A DNA stretch of 64,000 nt from an uncultured Pelagibacteraceae bacterium. Its GTDB lineage: Bacteria > Pseudomonadota > Alphaproteobacteria > Pelagibacterales > Pelagibacteraceae. The DNA lies in the NCBI GenBank assembly GCA_902576785.1, contig CACGWC010000004.1, positions 16,340 through 80,339 on the forward strand, read 5' to 3'. Positions 39,180-48,189 of this stretch are shown here, one piece after another. Positions within the stretch are counted from its first letter, which is position 1; the number at the start of each line of letters is the position of its first letter. A model generated the notes under the pieces. That model had not been told where the DNA came from, searched no databases, and saw only the letters and a list, made by a program, of their open reading frames with translations. A program made the translations under genes and the position numbers.

Positions 39180-40289
39180 TTAAAATAAGCCTAAATCTTT
39201 AAGGTCGTTAAATGTTGCGAAAAACATCAAAGATAACAACAAAAACATTCCGATTCGAAAAAAACCTTCCTGTGTTTTTTGACTTAAAGGACGACCTAAA
39301 ACTTTTTCAAATGCGTAAAACATGAGATGTCCTCCGTCTAATAAAGGTATTGGAAATAAGTTAATTAATCCTAAACTTATTGAGATATAAGCCATCATAC
39401 TGACAAAGGGTATAATTCCAAATTCTGCTACTTGGCCAGAAATTTTAGCAATTCTAATTGGACCACCCAATTGAGAACTGTCCCCTGCTCCTGTAAACAT
39501 TGATCCAAGATATTTAAGTGATGAAGTTGTTACAAAATAAACTTCATTAAATGATTGAAGTAAAGCTTGTGCAGGTCCAAGTTTTTTGTGTGTTATTTGA
39601 TTGTTATAAGGACTAAGTTTAATGCCTACCATCCTTTTCTTTAATTTGTTTCCTAATTCATCAACGCTATCAACAAAATTTGGCTTTACTTTTAATATTA
39701 TCTCCTGGTCATATCTTGAAACTTTAAAATCGATAAATTCTGATGTTGACATTGCTATTAATTTAGAAACATCAAGAATACTCTCTACTTTTGTATTATC
39801 TATTTCAATAATAACATCATTTTTTTGCATACCGGCAACTTCTGCTGGACTATCTTTTAATACTTCATCAATTACAGCTGGTGTAAAATCTTTACCTGCA
39901 AACATGTATATGAAAGTAAAAATGACTAAAGCTAAAATAAAATTAGCCAATGGTCCTCCAGCAACAATTAAGGCTCTTTGGTAAAGAGGTTTTGTTACAA
40001 ACAATTTGTGTTGGTCTTCTTTGCTATATTTTTTTAGTAGTTCCTCTTGATCTGCTTGTGAAAATACATTCCTATCTCCGAAAAATTTTACATAACCGCC
40101 TAGTGGTATCCAACAAACTTTCCATCTTGTCCCTGATTTATCGTTCCATCCAAATAATTCTCGACCAAAACCTATCGAAAAATCTGTTACACCAACACCA
40201 TATCTTTTTGCAAAATAATAATGTCCATATTCATGAATGAAAACAACAACAACGATTAATACAATAAATGGTAATATAAAATTGAGCAT
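39180..40289 (-). CDS. rseP: RIP metalloprotease RseP
   Basis: HEYGH, FSIGFG, IPLGGYV, AGGPLAN, PDZ domain, NLFPIPLLDGG. Confidence 0.95.
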   Translation of the reverse strand: MLNFILPFIVLIVVVVFIHEYGHYYFAKRYGVGVTDFSIGFGRELFGWNDKSGTRWKVCWIPLGGYVKFFGDRNVFSQADQEELLKKYSKEDQHKLFVTKPLYQRALIVAGGPLANFILALVIFTFIYMFAGKDFTPAVIDEVLKDSPAEVAGMQKNDVIIEIDNTKVESILDVSKLIAMSTSEFIDFKVSRYDQEIILKVKPNFVDSVDELGNKLKKRMVGIKLSPYNNQITHKKLGPAQALLQSFNEVYFVTTSSLKYLGSMFTGAGDSSQLGGPIRIAKISGQVAEFGIIPFVSMMAYISISLGLINLFPIPLLDGGHLMFYAFEKVLGRPLSQKTQEGFFRIGMFLLLSLMFFATFNDLKDLGLF

Positions 40290-40330
40290 TTATTAAATTA
40301 TACAATAATTAGGTTTTTAATAAACATCAA

Positions 40331-41761
40331 TTATTTCAATTTCCATGCAATTATTGGTGATAAAGTTGCCGCAATAAATGAACAAAATAAAAGAGATTGA
40401 GAAACATACGATGGTGCTAAATTAATTGGCAAAATTACGCCAAATAGTATTGATTTAGAAAAATCTGGACTTGGAAAAAATAATAGCCCTGCAATTAATC
40501 CTATTAATATAGAAACATATGCATTTTTTTCATCATAAGATTTAGAATAAAAAGTATAAAAAACACTTAGAACAGCCGCACAACAAAATAAATCTGCAAT
40601 TAAAAATAAATAAAGAATACTAAATCCTTTTGACGCAACAAAAAAAGCTATGACCGAAAGAAAAATAACAAATTGTTTTGAAATATTTAAATGATTATTT
40701 TTTAAATTTAATACTTTATCTACATCTACTATTACCAAACTTGAAATAGCATTTATTAAAGTATCAATACTGCTTATTGTTAAAGAGATAGCTAAAATTA
40801 TTACAATGACTGAAAATATTATTAAATTTTCTTTTAACAAAATTGAGAAAAAAGCAAGATCAGGTATCACATTAGCGTCTTGAGAGACAGCTACTAAACC
40901 ACTAAATCCCATAAAAAAGACTATTGGTATTATTATTAAAAACGAAAATATTAAACTTTTTTTTAAAACTTCGTAATTTTTTGCAGCATAAACTCTCTGC
41001 CAATTACCTTGATGAAAAAGATTAGTTGCAGCAACAGCTATAAAGAAAGTTAAACCGGCAGTATAATTTGGAAGATAACTAAAACTTAACAAATGCGGAT
41101 TATTATTTTTAATAATTTCAAAGTTAAATTCGTTTGTTTCAATTGAGGTAATAAAAATTAAACTGATTATTAAAAGTGCTGTAAATACAAAAAATTGAAT
41201 GTTATCTGTGATTAAAGATGCTCTTAACCCACCATATAATGTGTAAAGTAACGAACATGATATTACAATTAAAGAGGTAATCCACAATTCAGTACCAGAT
41301 ATGTAATTAATTAAAAAAGCTACAGCAGTAACTTCAGCAATTAAAAAGATTGTCATATAAAAAATGGAAAAAACTAAAATAAGTTTATAAAGATTTGGTC
41401 CAAATCTTAATCTTATTATTTCAATAATACTTTTGCCTTGTGGATAACTAGTTCTAAATTTTTTACCAAGATAAATTAAAATAAAAAGCGGAAATGCAGT
41501 TCCTAGTGAATAACCAATCACTGCACCAATTCCTCCCCATGTTGCTGCTGATGCGGGTCCAAATAAAATCCATGCACCAAGTGCTGAAGCAACAAGACTT
41601 GTTGTTAAAGATAAAGAATCAATCGAACGGTTTGCAACTAAATAATTATTAAGTCCTTGAAATTTTTTTGAAAAATAAATTCCAACAAAAACAAATATTA
41701 AAGATATTAAAGTAATTAATATTATTGCTGATGATTGATTGATTATATTTAAATTATTCAT
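40331..41761 (-). CDS. thiV: Sodium:solute symporter ThiV (putative thiamine-precursor/HMP transporter)
   Basis: SSS motifs (YLVANR, ASALGAWIL, YT.YGGLRAS..TD, WQRVYAA) plus the upstream TPP-type riboswitch. Confidence 0.82.
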   Translation of the reverse strand: MNNLNIINQSSAIILITLISLIFVFVGIYFSKKFQGLNNYLVANRSIDSLSLTTSLVASALGAWILFGPASAATWGGIGAVIGYSLGTAFPLFILIYLGKKFRTSYPQGKSIIEIIRLRFGPNLYKLILVFSIFYMTIFLIAEVTAVAFLINYISGTELWITSLIVISCSLLYTLYGGLRASLITDNIQFFVFTALLIISLIFITSIETNEFNFEIIKNNNPHLLSFSYLPNYTAGLTFFIAVAATNLFHQGNWQRVYAAKNYEVLKKSLIFSFLIIIPIVFFMGFSGLVAVSQDANVIPDLAFFSILLKENLIIFSVIVIILAISLTISSIDTLINAISSLVIVDVDKVLNLKNNHLNISKQFVIFLSVIAFFVASKGFSILYLFLIADLFCCAAVLSVFYTFYSKSYDEKNAYVSILIGLIAGLLFFPSPDFSKSILFGVILPINLAPSYVSQSLLFCSFIAATLSPIIAWKLK

Positions 41762-41825
41762 TTTCCCTTTCTGAATTACCGGACAGGTTCTAAGGGTATT
41801 TCTCAGCCTTCTGGCACCCCATTTG
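41762..41825 (-). ncRNA. TPP (THI-box) riboswitch, compact variant
   Basis: Minus strand GGGGUGCCAGAAGGCUGAGAAAUACCCUUAGAACCUGUCCGGUAAUUCAGAAAGGGAAA directly before the AUG. Confidence 0.88.
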
Positions 41826-41829
41826 CAAC

Positions 41830-42585
41830 TTATTTCAAAGAATAAATGAAATCAATTATTAACTTAGCGCTACTAACAAGAATTAAAGCGTAAATGATAT
41901 TATAAAATAAATTTTCCTCAATTATTTTAAGTAATTTGTAACCTATAAAAATTCCAATAAGCGCTAGGGGAAAGAGAGTAACTGATTGATATAAAGTATC
42001 AAAATTCATCATAGATAAATAAACATACAGAGGAAGCTTAATTAGATTAACACAACTAAAAAAAATAATTCTTGTGCCAACATAAATTTCTTTTTTCATT
42101 CTTAGTGGAAGCAAATAAAGACTTGTTGGGGTTCCTCCCGCATGAACACAAAAACTTGAAAAACCAGCAATGGATGAACAAATAGCCCCTTTAAAAAAGT
42201 TTTTTTTTGCCGGTATAGTTTTTTCTTTTTTAAATAGAAAATAATGACCAGAAAATAAAAAACCCATTATTCCAACAATTAACTTAAGCAAATCCTCAGA
42301 AAAATAAGTAAATGTAAATGAGCCAATTATTATTCCAATAGCTGCAAATGGAACTATTAATTTAAGTGTCCCAAAATCAAACTCTCTTCTAAATCTATAA
42401 ACTGCAATAATGTCTGAAAAAATTAATATTGGTAAAATAATTGCAAGTGCTTGATTTAATGGCATTACTACTGTCATTAATGGAACTGAAATTAATGATA
42501 TTGATCCACCTAAACCTGATTTAGCAATTCCATATAATACGATAGCTGGAACAACGCTAACAAAGAATAATAAATTTATCTCCAT
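41830..42585 (-). CDS. Sulfite exporter TauE/SafE family
   Basis: GIAKSG.GG, VPLM, LPIL..SD, SF..HAGG.P, N..KLP.Y. Confidence 0.85.
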   Translation of the reverse strand: MEINLLFFVSVVPAIVLYGIAKSGLGGSISLISVPLMTVVMPLNQALAIILPILIFSDIIAVYRFRREFDFGTLKLIVPFAAIGIIIGSFTFTYFSEDLLKLIVGIMGFLFSGHYFLFKKEKTIPAKKNFFKGAICSSIAGFSSFCVHAGGTPTSLYLLPLRMKKEIYVGTRIIFFSCVNLIKLPLYVYLSMMNFDTLYQSVTLFPLALIGIFIGYKLLKIIEENLFYNIIYALILVSSAKLIIDFIYSLK

Positions 42586-42591
42586 TATAAA

Positions 42592-42756
42592 TTAGAAATA
42601 TAGTAATAAAGATAAAACCACTAATATTAAAACTAATATGATGACAGCTATGTAATTGAGTTTAATTTTAAATTTGCTTAATAAAAATTCATTAATTTTT
42701 TCCCAGAAAATAATAATTAAAATTAATAGTACTGCTGGAAGAATAAATTTAATCAT
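42592..42756 (-). CDS. Small two-TM membrane protein (54 aa)
   Basis: MIKFILPAVLLILIIIFWEK...; start moved to the ATG at 42756. Confidence 0.6.
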   Translation of the reverse strand: MIKFILPAVLLILIIIFWEKINEFLLSKFKIKLNYIAVIILVLILVVLSLLLYF

Positions 42757-42764
42757 AAATCTAT

Positions 42765-42932
42765 TTACATCAAAAAATACATCAATCCAAATATAACAAG
42801 TATAATTATTATCCAAATTGAAAAATTAGATATCAATTGTTTAATATTTGAGTTTGATCTGAGAAAATTAGGTAGAACTAATATTAAGACTAATATTAAA
42901 AATATTGCAGGAATTATCTGGTCAACAGTCAA
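42765..42932 (-). CDS. Small two-TM membrane protein (55 aa)
   Basis: TTG start just after the permease stop: MTVDQIIPAIFLILVLILVLPNFLRSNSNIKQLISNFSIWIIIILVIFGLMYFLM. Confidence 0.6.
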   Translation of the reverse strand: MTVDQIIPAIFLILVLILVLPNFLRSNSNIKQLISNFSIWIIIILVIFGLMYFLM

Positions 42933-42933
42933 A

Positions 42934-43701
42934 TTAATTTTTTATATTATAACCTTTTTTAAGTATAATTGAGACAAGAGTTACACATACAATTAAAAAT
43001 ATAAACATTGTAGAAATACTTATCCAAATATCAAAATCAGAAACTCCATAAAATGCAAACCTCAGCCCATTAATTAAATATACAACAGGATTAAAATAAG
43101 TGACTGTTTGCCAGAAACTTGGGAGCATATCTAGCGAATACAAACTTCCACCTAAGAATACCATTGGTGTTATGACAATTGTTGGTATTATAGACATTTG
43201 CTCGAAATTTTTACTAAGAAGTCCAATTAAAAACCCAAACAAAGCAAAAGTAAAAGCAACTAGAATTAATAAGAAAATCATTAGTAAAGGAAACTTTACA
43301 TTTACTTCTGCAAAGAAAAGTGAAGTGCAGAAAATTACTGCAGCAACAATTAAGGTTTTAGTTGCACCTGCTCCAACATAAGCAATTACAATTTCTACAG
43401 TAGAAATTGGAGCTGCTAAAATTTCATAAATTGTTCCATTAAATTTAGGAAAAAAAATTCCAAAAGAAGTGTTACTGATAGATTGCGTTAATAATGTTAA
43501 CATCAATAATCCTGGAACTATATAAGAGCCATAACTAATGCCATCAATTTTTTGTACATAATCCCCGATTACCGAGCCGAATACTATAAAGTATAATGAA
43601 GTAGATAAAACTGGAGAAAGAAGAGATTGTATTAATGTCCTTCTAAATCTGTCCATCTCATGAAAATAAATTGCTCTTAATGCGTAAAAATTAATCCTCA
43701 T
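42934..43701 (-). CDS. ABC-2 type transporter permease (YadH-like)
   Basis: QSLLSPV.ST.LYF.VFG, YIVPGL.M, TP..FLGG..YS, NPV.Y..NG.R. Confidence 0.9.
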   Translation of the reverse strand: MRINFYALRAIYFHEMDRFRRTLIQSLLSPVLSTSLYFIVFGSVIGDYVQKIDGISYGSYIVPGLLMLTLLTQSISNTSFGIFFPKFNGTIYEILAAPISTVEIVIAYVGAGATKTLIVAAVIFCTSLFFAEVNVKFPLLMIFLLILVAFTFALFGFLIGLLSKNFEQMSIIPTIVITPMVFLGGSLYSLDMLPSFWQTVTYFNPVVYLINGLRFAFYGVSDFDIWISISTMFIFLIVCVTLVSIILKKGYNIKN

Positions 43702-44626
43702 TATTTTCCTTTACCAATGTCACAAAAATCTTTTCAAGATTATTTTGCTCTGTTTTTAAATCTCTCATCCTCAAACCTGCATTTTTTAAATCTTGAAGCA
43801 TCTTTGTAATGCCTGTTCTTTCAGCATGTAAGTTATAGTTGTAAATTAATGAATAATTATCATTAGAGATTGATAGATTATATTCATCAAGTTCTGAAGG
43901 AATTTTTTCGACTTTATCCTGCAACTCAATAGTTAATTTTTTATGACCCATTTTTTTTAATAAATCTATTTTATTATCAACAACAATAATTTCTCCTTGA
44001 TTAATTACAGCAACTCGGTCTGCGATTGCCTCTGCTTCTTCAATATAGTGTGTTGTTAAAATTATGGTTACTCCAGTTTTTCTTAATCCCTCTACAACTT
44101 TCCACATATCTTTTCTCAATTCTACATCTACGCCTGCCGTTGGTTCATCAAGAAATAATATCGAAGGTTCATGAGATAATGCTTTTGCTATCATTACACG
44201 TCTTTTCATTCCTCCTGAAAGTTGATTTAACCTTAAATCTTTTTTATCCCATAAACTAAAATCTTTTAGAACTTTTTCTATATGTTGGGGGTTTGGCTTT
44301 TTTCCATATAAGCCTCTTGAATATGAAACATTGTTAAAAACCGTTTCAAATTGTTCTAGTGAAATTTCTTGGGGGACCAGTCCTATTCTTGATCTTGTTT
44401 CTCTATAATCTTTTATAATATCAAAACCATCTACTGTAATTACTCCAGAAGTTGGTTTAACTATACCACATACAATACTTATCAGTGTAGTTTTGCCAGC
44501 TCCATTTGGTCCAAGCATAGCAATAATTTCTCCTTGCTTTATATTTAGATTAACAGTTTTTAAAGCGTTAAATCCATTGTCGTATACCTTTGAAAGGCCA
44601 TCAATTGTTATTAAATCTTTAGTCAT
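43691..44626 (-). CDS. ABC transporter ATP-binding protein (YadG-like)
   Basis: GPNGAGKT, LSGGMKRR, LDEPTAGVD, LTTHY. Confidence 0.93.
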   Translation of the reverse strand: MTKDLITIDGLSKVYDNGFNALKTVNLNIKQGEIIAMLGPNGAGKTTLISIVCGIVKPTSGVITVDGFDIIKDYRETRSRIGLVPQEISLEQFETVFNNVSYSRGLYGKKPNPQHIEKVLKDFSLWDKKDLRLNQLSGGMKRRVMIAKALSHEPSILFLDEPTAGVDVELRKDMWKVVEGLRKTGVTIILTTHYIEEAEAIADRVAVINQGEIIVVDNKIDLLKKMGHKKLTIELQDKVEKIPSELDEYNLSISNDNYSLIYNYNLHAERTGITKMLQDLKNAGLRMRDLKTEQNNLEKIFVTLVKENNED

Positions 44627-44659
44627 TATCTGAGGTCTTAATTTGATATAGAGATGTTT

Positions 44660-45103
44660 TTAGTGACAAGCAATATTATATTTTTTTAATCTCCAGTAAT
44701 TGTAAGGCCATGGAGTTAAAAATCCAACTAAAAGCATTATTGGTACTACCCACCAATTTAAAATAGCTCCACCTGTTAAAATTACATCTGTGAGGTTCAT
44801 GGCTATTTCCATACTGACCATTGATATAAAGCTCATACCAAGTGCAGTCTTTAATGCTTTGGAAAAATCAAGTTTTTGTCTTAGTAAAATTATAGTTTCT
44901 AAAATAATACTTGTAATCAAACCATTTATAATTGCTAATGTCATGATGGCTAAAACAGGCCAGGGAATTCCTGTTATCTGAAAATACAATATAGTTCCAA
45001 AGTCACCAATTGCACAGCCTAGTAAACACCAAGCGGTATTTTTTGCGCTTCTTTTCCAAGTATGTTTGCATGACCAATTAAAATTAATTGCTTCTGAACT
45101 CAT
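44660..45103 (-). CDS. DUF4396 family membrane protein
   Basis: T.WCLLGCAIGD, MS..SM..ME.AMN, P.PYNYW. Confidence 0.8.
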   Translation of the reverse strand: MSSEAINFNWSCKHTWKRSAKNTAWCLLGCAIGDFGTILYFQITGIPWPVLAIMTLAIINGLITSIILETIILLRQKLDFSKALKTALGMSFISMVSMEIAMNLTDVILTGGAILNWWVVPIMLLVGFLTPWPYNYWRLKKYNIACH

Positions 45104-45528
45104 TGTTTGCTCATTTCTAAATGATATTCATAAATATCATCTTTCCAATAAGATTTAATGTATGAAAGAATGTTATCAATACCTTCATCACTTATTTTAT
45201 CACCAAAACCCATCATCTTGCCTTCATAATTTTTTATCAATTTAGCAAATCCATACTTTATCATTCTATGTAGTAACTCATCTGTATGATGCCAAGTATG
45301 ACCAGTTCCATTTAAAGGCGGTGCTTTTCTATGCCCATCTTCATCTAAACCTTGCCAATTTGTGGCTCCAGCTAAATTTGCTTGGTGACAAGAAACACAA
45401 TATTGATTGTATAATATCTTGCCATTTTTAATTGCTTCTAATGAATCTCTAGTTATGGGGTAGTGCGAATGAGAGAAAGCAGTATCTGCATAAAATAAAA
45501 CAATAAAAATAAAAAAATACTTTTTCAT
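45100..45528 (-). CDS. Periplasmic monoheme cytochrome c
   Basis: Signal peptide, CVSCH, APPLNGTGHTWHH, distal Met. Confidence 0.88.
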   Translation of the reverse strand: MKKYFFIFIVLFYADTAFSHSHYPITRDSLEAIKNGKILYNQYCVSCHQANLAGATNWQGLDEDGHRKAPPLNGTGHTWHHTDELLHRMIKYGFAKLIKNYEGKMMGFGDKISDEGIDNILSYIKSYWKDDIYEYHLEMSKQ

Positions 45529-45992
45529 TAGTGTGGAGCCCTATATCTGCTATGACAAGCTTTACAGCTCGACCACATATATTGTTTCAAAGCTGCTCTA
45601 AAATCATCTTGGTCTTCGATAATTGAAGCTAGCTTTATCATTTGATCAGATGATTTTTTCATTAGAGCATTAAATTCATCTTTTTCTTCCCAAATAATTG
45701 GTAAAGCCTCTGTTCCGTGTCCCTCTTTTGTATTTTCTGGAAATAAATTTAGTAATTCTAAATAATTATCACTCATTCTAATCATCAGTTTTTTTGAGTC
45801 CTCAATTTCAACTTCGTTAAGTAAAATACTAATTCTTTTTGCTAGTTTATAATTTTGACTGAATAAAGACTTTCTTTTCTTTATAATGTCTTTTGCGCTT
45901 TCTTCTGATAAAACATTAGAATTAAATGAAAAAGAAAGTGCTACAATAAACATTATTTTGAAAATATTATTTATTTTTATAAAATAGCTCAT
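45528..45992 (-). CDS. Cytochrome c' / c556 (class II); start uncertain
   Basis: II..RK..F, LFPE, TEALP.IW, C-terminal CKACH..YR; candidate starts at 45992 and 45953. Confidence 0.88.
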   Translation of the reverse strand: MSYFIKINNIFKIMFIVALSFSFNSNVLSEESAKDIIKKRKSLFSQNYKLAKRISILLNEVEIEDSKKLMIRMSDNYLELLNLFPENTKEGHGTEALPIIWEEKDEFNALMKKSSDQMIKLASIIEDQDDFRAALKQYMWSSCKACHSRYRAPH

Positions 45993-46518
45993 GTCTGACA
46001 GTATAACATTACAATATAGTTGGTTAGCTAAATTTTTCCATTGGTTCACTTTGCTCCTTCTAATTGCTCAGATACCAATGGGGTTTATTTTGGTCAGATT
46101 AGATTTTTCGGATTTAAGAATAACTATTGAAAATGTACATGTAATTGTAGGAATATCCATATTTTACATAACCTTATTTAGGTTAATTTATAAATTTTTT
46201 AGCAAGTCCCCAAAACTAATGCCTGAGGCATTCTTTGGACAAAACTTGATTGCGAAATTGAATCATTTCGCTCTTTATGTCGCACTTTTAACAATAACAA
46301 CATCAGGAATTTTAAAAAAGCTATTTAATGGTGAAAAACTAAATTTTTTTATTTTTAAATTAAGGATTGAAGATAACTTTGATTTAGCAGATCAATTTTA
46401 CAATGTTCATGTTATTTCAAATTATACATTAATAGTTTTAATCTCATTGCATATTTTAGCAGTTTTGTTTCATCAAATATTTTTGAAAGAAAACATCTTG
46501 AAAAGAATGACCAGATAA
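45991..46518 (+). CDS. Cytochrome b561
   Basis: Y...AK.FHW, H...G, H..LY, H, LHI.AV..H; four TM helices. Confidence 0.88.
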   Translation: MSDSITLQYSWLAKFFHWFTLLLLIAQIPMGFILVRLDFSDLRITIENVHVIVGISIFYITLFRLIYKFFSKSPKLMPEAFFGQNLIAKLNHFALYVALLTITTSGILKKLFNGEKLNFFIFKLRIEDNFDLADQFYNVHVISNYTLIVLISLHILAVLFHQIFLKENILKRMTR

Positions 46519-46531
46519 TTAAATAAAGCTC

Positions 46532-46906
46532 ATGAAAAAATATTTTGTCTTTTTTATTTTATTCTTGATACCAAATATCTCATTTGGTTTTGAAAAAACT
46601 ACAAATTTTGATCTGAAAAAATTATTAGAAATTCAAAAATCTGGTAAAACAATTGTTATTAATTCTTGGAACGAATATTGTTCAACATGTGCAGCACAAA
46701 CAAAAGTTTTCGATCAAGCAATGAAAGACTTTAAAGATGTTGAGTTTTTATTTTATGAGCAAACAGAACATGAAGATATTGCTAAAGCTTTAGCTGTTAA
46801 TTATTGGACCACAATAGTAGTTTTTAAAGGTGAAAAAGAAGTAGCAAGAGAAATTGGTTTAACTGACAAAGATCAAATATATAATTTAATAAACAAAGGG
46901 ATATAA
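46532..46906 (+). CDS. Exported thioredoxin-family protein
   Basis: Signal peptide, CSTC motif, T.VVFKG.KEV.R. Confidence 0.8.
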   Translation: MKKYFVFFILFLIPNISFGFEKTTNFDLKKLLEIQKSGKTIVINSWNEYCSTCAAQTKVFDQAMKDFKDVEFLFYEQTEHEDIAKALAVNYWTTIVVFKGEKEVAREIGLTDKDQIYNLINKGI

Positions 46907-46997
46907 TTCCTTTTTACCTCCCCTTTCGAGGAGGTGAATTCAACAAAAAAGAGAGAAATAAATGAATGTTAAATTCAGGAATAATTTTTTAAATTAT
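46904..46997 (-). ncRNA. Candidate small RNA with a three-way junction
   Basis: P1 auuccu/aggaau, P2 gaauuuaaca/uguugaauuc, P3 accuccuc-GAAA-ggggaggu; G-U pairs work only on the minus strand; upstream promoter. Confidence 0.6.
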
Positions 46998-47003
46998 AAC
47001 TGC

Positions 47004-47031
47004 TATATAGAATTAATTTTTTTTTTGTCAA
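47004..47031 (-). promoter_or_regulatory. Sigma70-type promoter reading into the candidate sRNA
   Basis: TTGACA (47031-47026), N16, TATATA (47009-47004); no minus-strand CDS follows. Confidence 0.55.
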
Positions 47032-47061
47032 TTTACGAAAAAGTAAGAGAAAATAGGGATT

Positions 47062-48180
47062 TTAATTAAGCAAAGCTTTGTGAGCTGGTAAATAATCGTG
47101 GCCAAATACATCAGCAACAGCTTTATGAGTAACGCCTCCTTTAAATACATTTAATCCTGCTTGAAAATTTTGATCATCATTTAAAGCTTTTAAGTAACCA
47201 TCTTTTGCTAATTTAGATAAAAAAGGAAGTGTTGCTTTATTTAAAGCAATTGTTGATGTTCTAGGAACACCACCAGGCATGTTTGCAACGCAATAATGAA
47301 TTATATCATCTATTATAAAAGTTGGTTCTGCAAAAGTAGTCGGTTTGCTGGTTTCAACACATCCTCCTTGATCAATTGCAACATCTACAATTACTGATCC
47401 CCTTTTCATTTTTTTTAACATATTCTTTGTAACTAATTTTGGTGCCTCAGCACCTGGTATCAAAACTCCACCTACTAACAAGTCACATTCAGAAATTAAT
47501 TTTTCTAAATCAGTTTTATCACTTAAATTGGGAATTATTTTATCTCCAAACATTTGGGTAAGTTCGTTTAATCTTTTTTCAGATTTATCTACAATATTAA
47601 CCTTAGCTTTCATGCCTGTTGCAATTATAGCAGCATTTTCTCCTACTACTCCACCTCCAAGTATAACTACATTTCCAGGCTCTACGCCAGGTGCTCCTCC
47701 TAACAAAAGACCACGACCTTTTTGATTTTTTTCTAAACAATGTGCACCTGCTTGTACTGACATTCTTCCAGCTACTGCACTCATTGGTGCTAACAAAGGA
47801 AGTCTTCCATTATTATCTGTAACTGTTTCATAAGCGATACATATTGATTTGCTGTCTATTAAACCTTGTGTCAGTTTCTTAGCAGCAGCAAGATGAAGAT
47901 ACGTAAAGACAACTTGATTTTCTCTTATCATTTTTACTTCGCTAGATTGTGGCTCTTTAACTTTAACAATGATGTCAGAGTCGTTAAATATATCTTCAGC
48001 TGTATTAACTATTTTTGCTCCACTTGATACATAATGATCGTTTTCAAATCCTGCTTCAAACCCTCCATTGTTTTCAATTAAAACTTCGTGGCCGTTTGAA
48101 GTCAATATCTTTACACTTTCGGGAGTGAGTCCAATTCTATTTTCCTGAGGCTTTATTTCTTTTGGAACCCCTATTTTCAT
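47062..48180 (-). CDS. ald: Alanine dehydrogenase
   Basis: IGVPKEIK..ENR, KVKEP, FTYLHLA, IAYETV, PMS.VAGR, DVAIDQGGC, CVANMPG. Confidence 0.96.
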   Translation of the reverse strand: MKIGVPKEIKPQENRIGLTPESVKILTSNGHEVLIENNGGFEAGFENDHYVSSGAKIVNTAEDIFNDSDIIVKVKEPQSSEVKMIRENQVVFTYLHLAAAKKLTQGLIDSKSICIAYETVTDNNGRLPLLAPMSAVAGRMSVQAGAHCLEKNQKGRGLLLGGAPGVEPGNVVILGGGVVGENAAIIATGMKAKVNIVDKSEKRLNELTQMFGDKIIPNLSDKTDLEKLISECDLLVGGVLIPGAEAPKLVTKNMLKKMKRGSVIVDVAIDQGGCVETSKPTTFAEPTFIIDDIIHYCVANMPGGVPRTSTIALNKATLPFLSKLAKDGYLKALNDDQNFQAGLNVFKGGVTHKAVADVFGHDYLPAHKALLN

Positions 48181-48189
48181 AGAATTAAA

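Noticed and set aside
39180-40289. rseP away from the usual cdsA/dxr/bamA cluster
   Set aside because: Gene is intact; simple rearrangement with no sign of a new function
46962-47045. Plus-strand 27-codon ORF MNVKFRNN... with a purine-rich upstream sequence
   Set aside because: The stems have C-A mismatches on this strand and the promoter points the other way; disfavoured but not excluded
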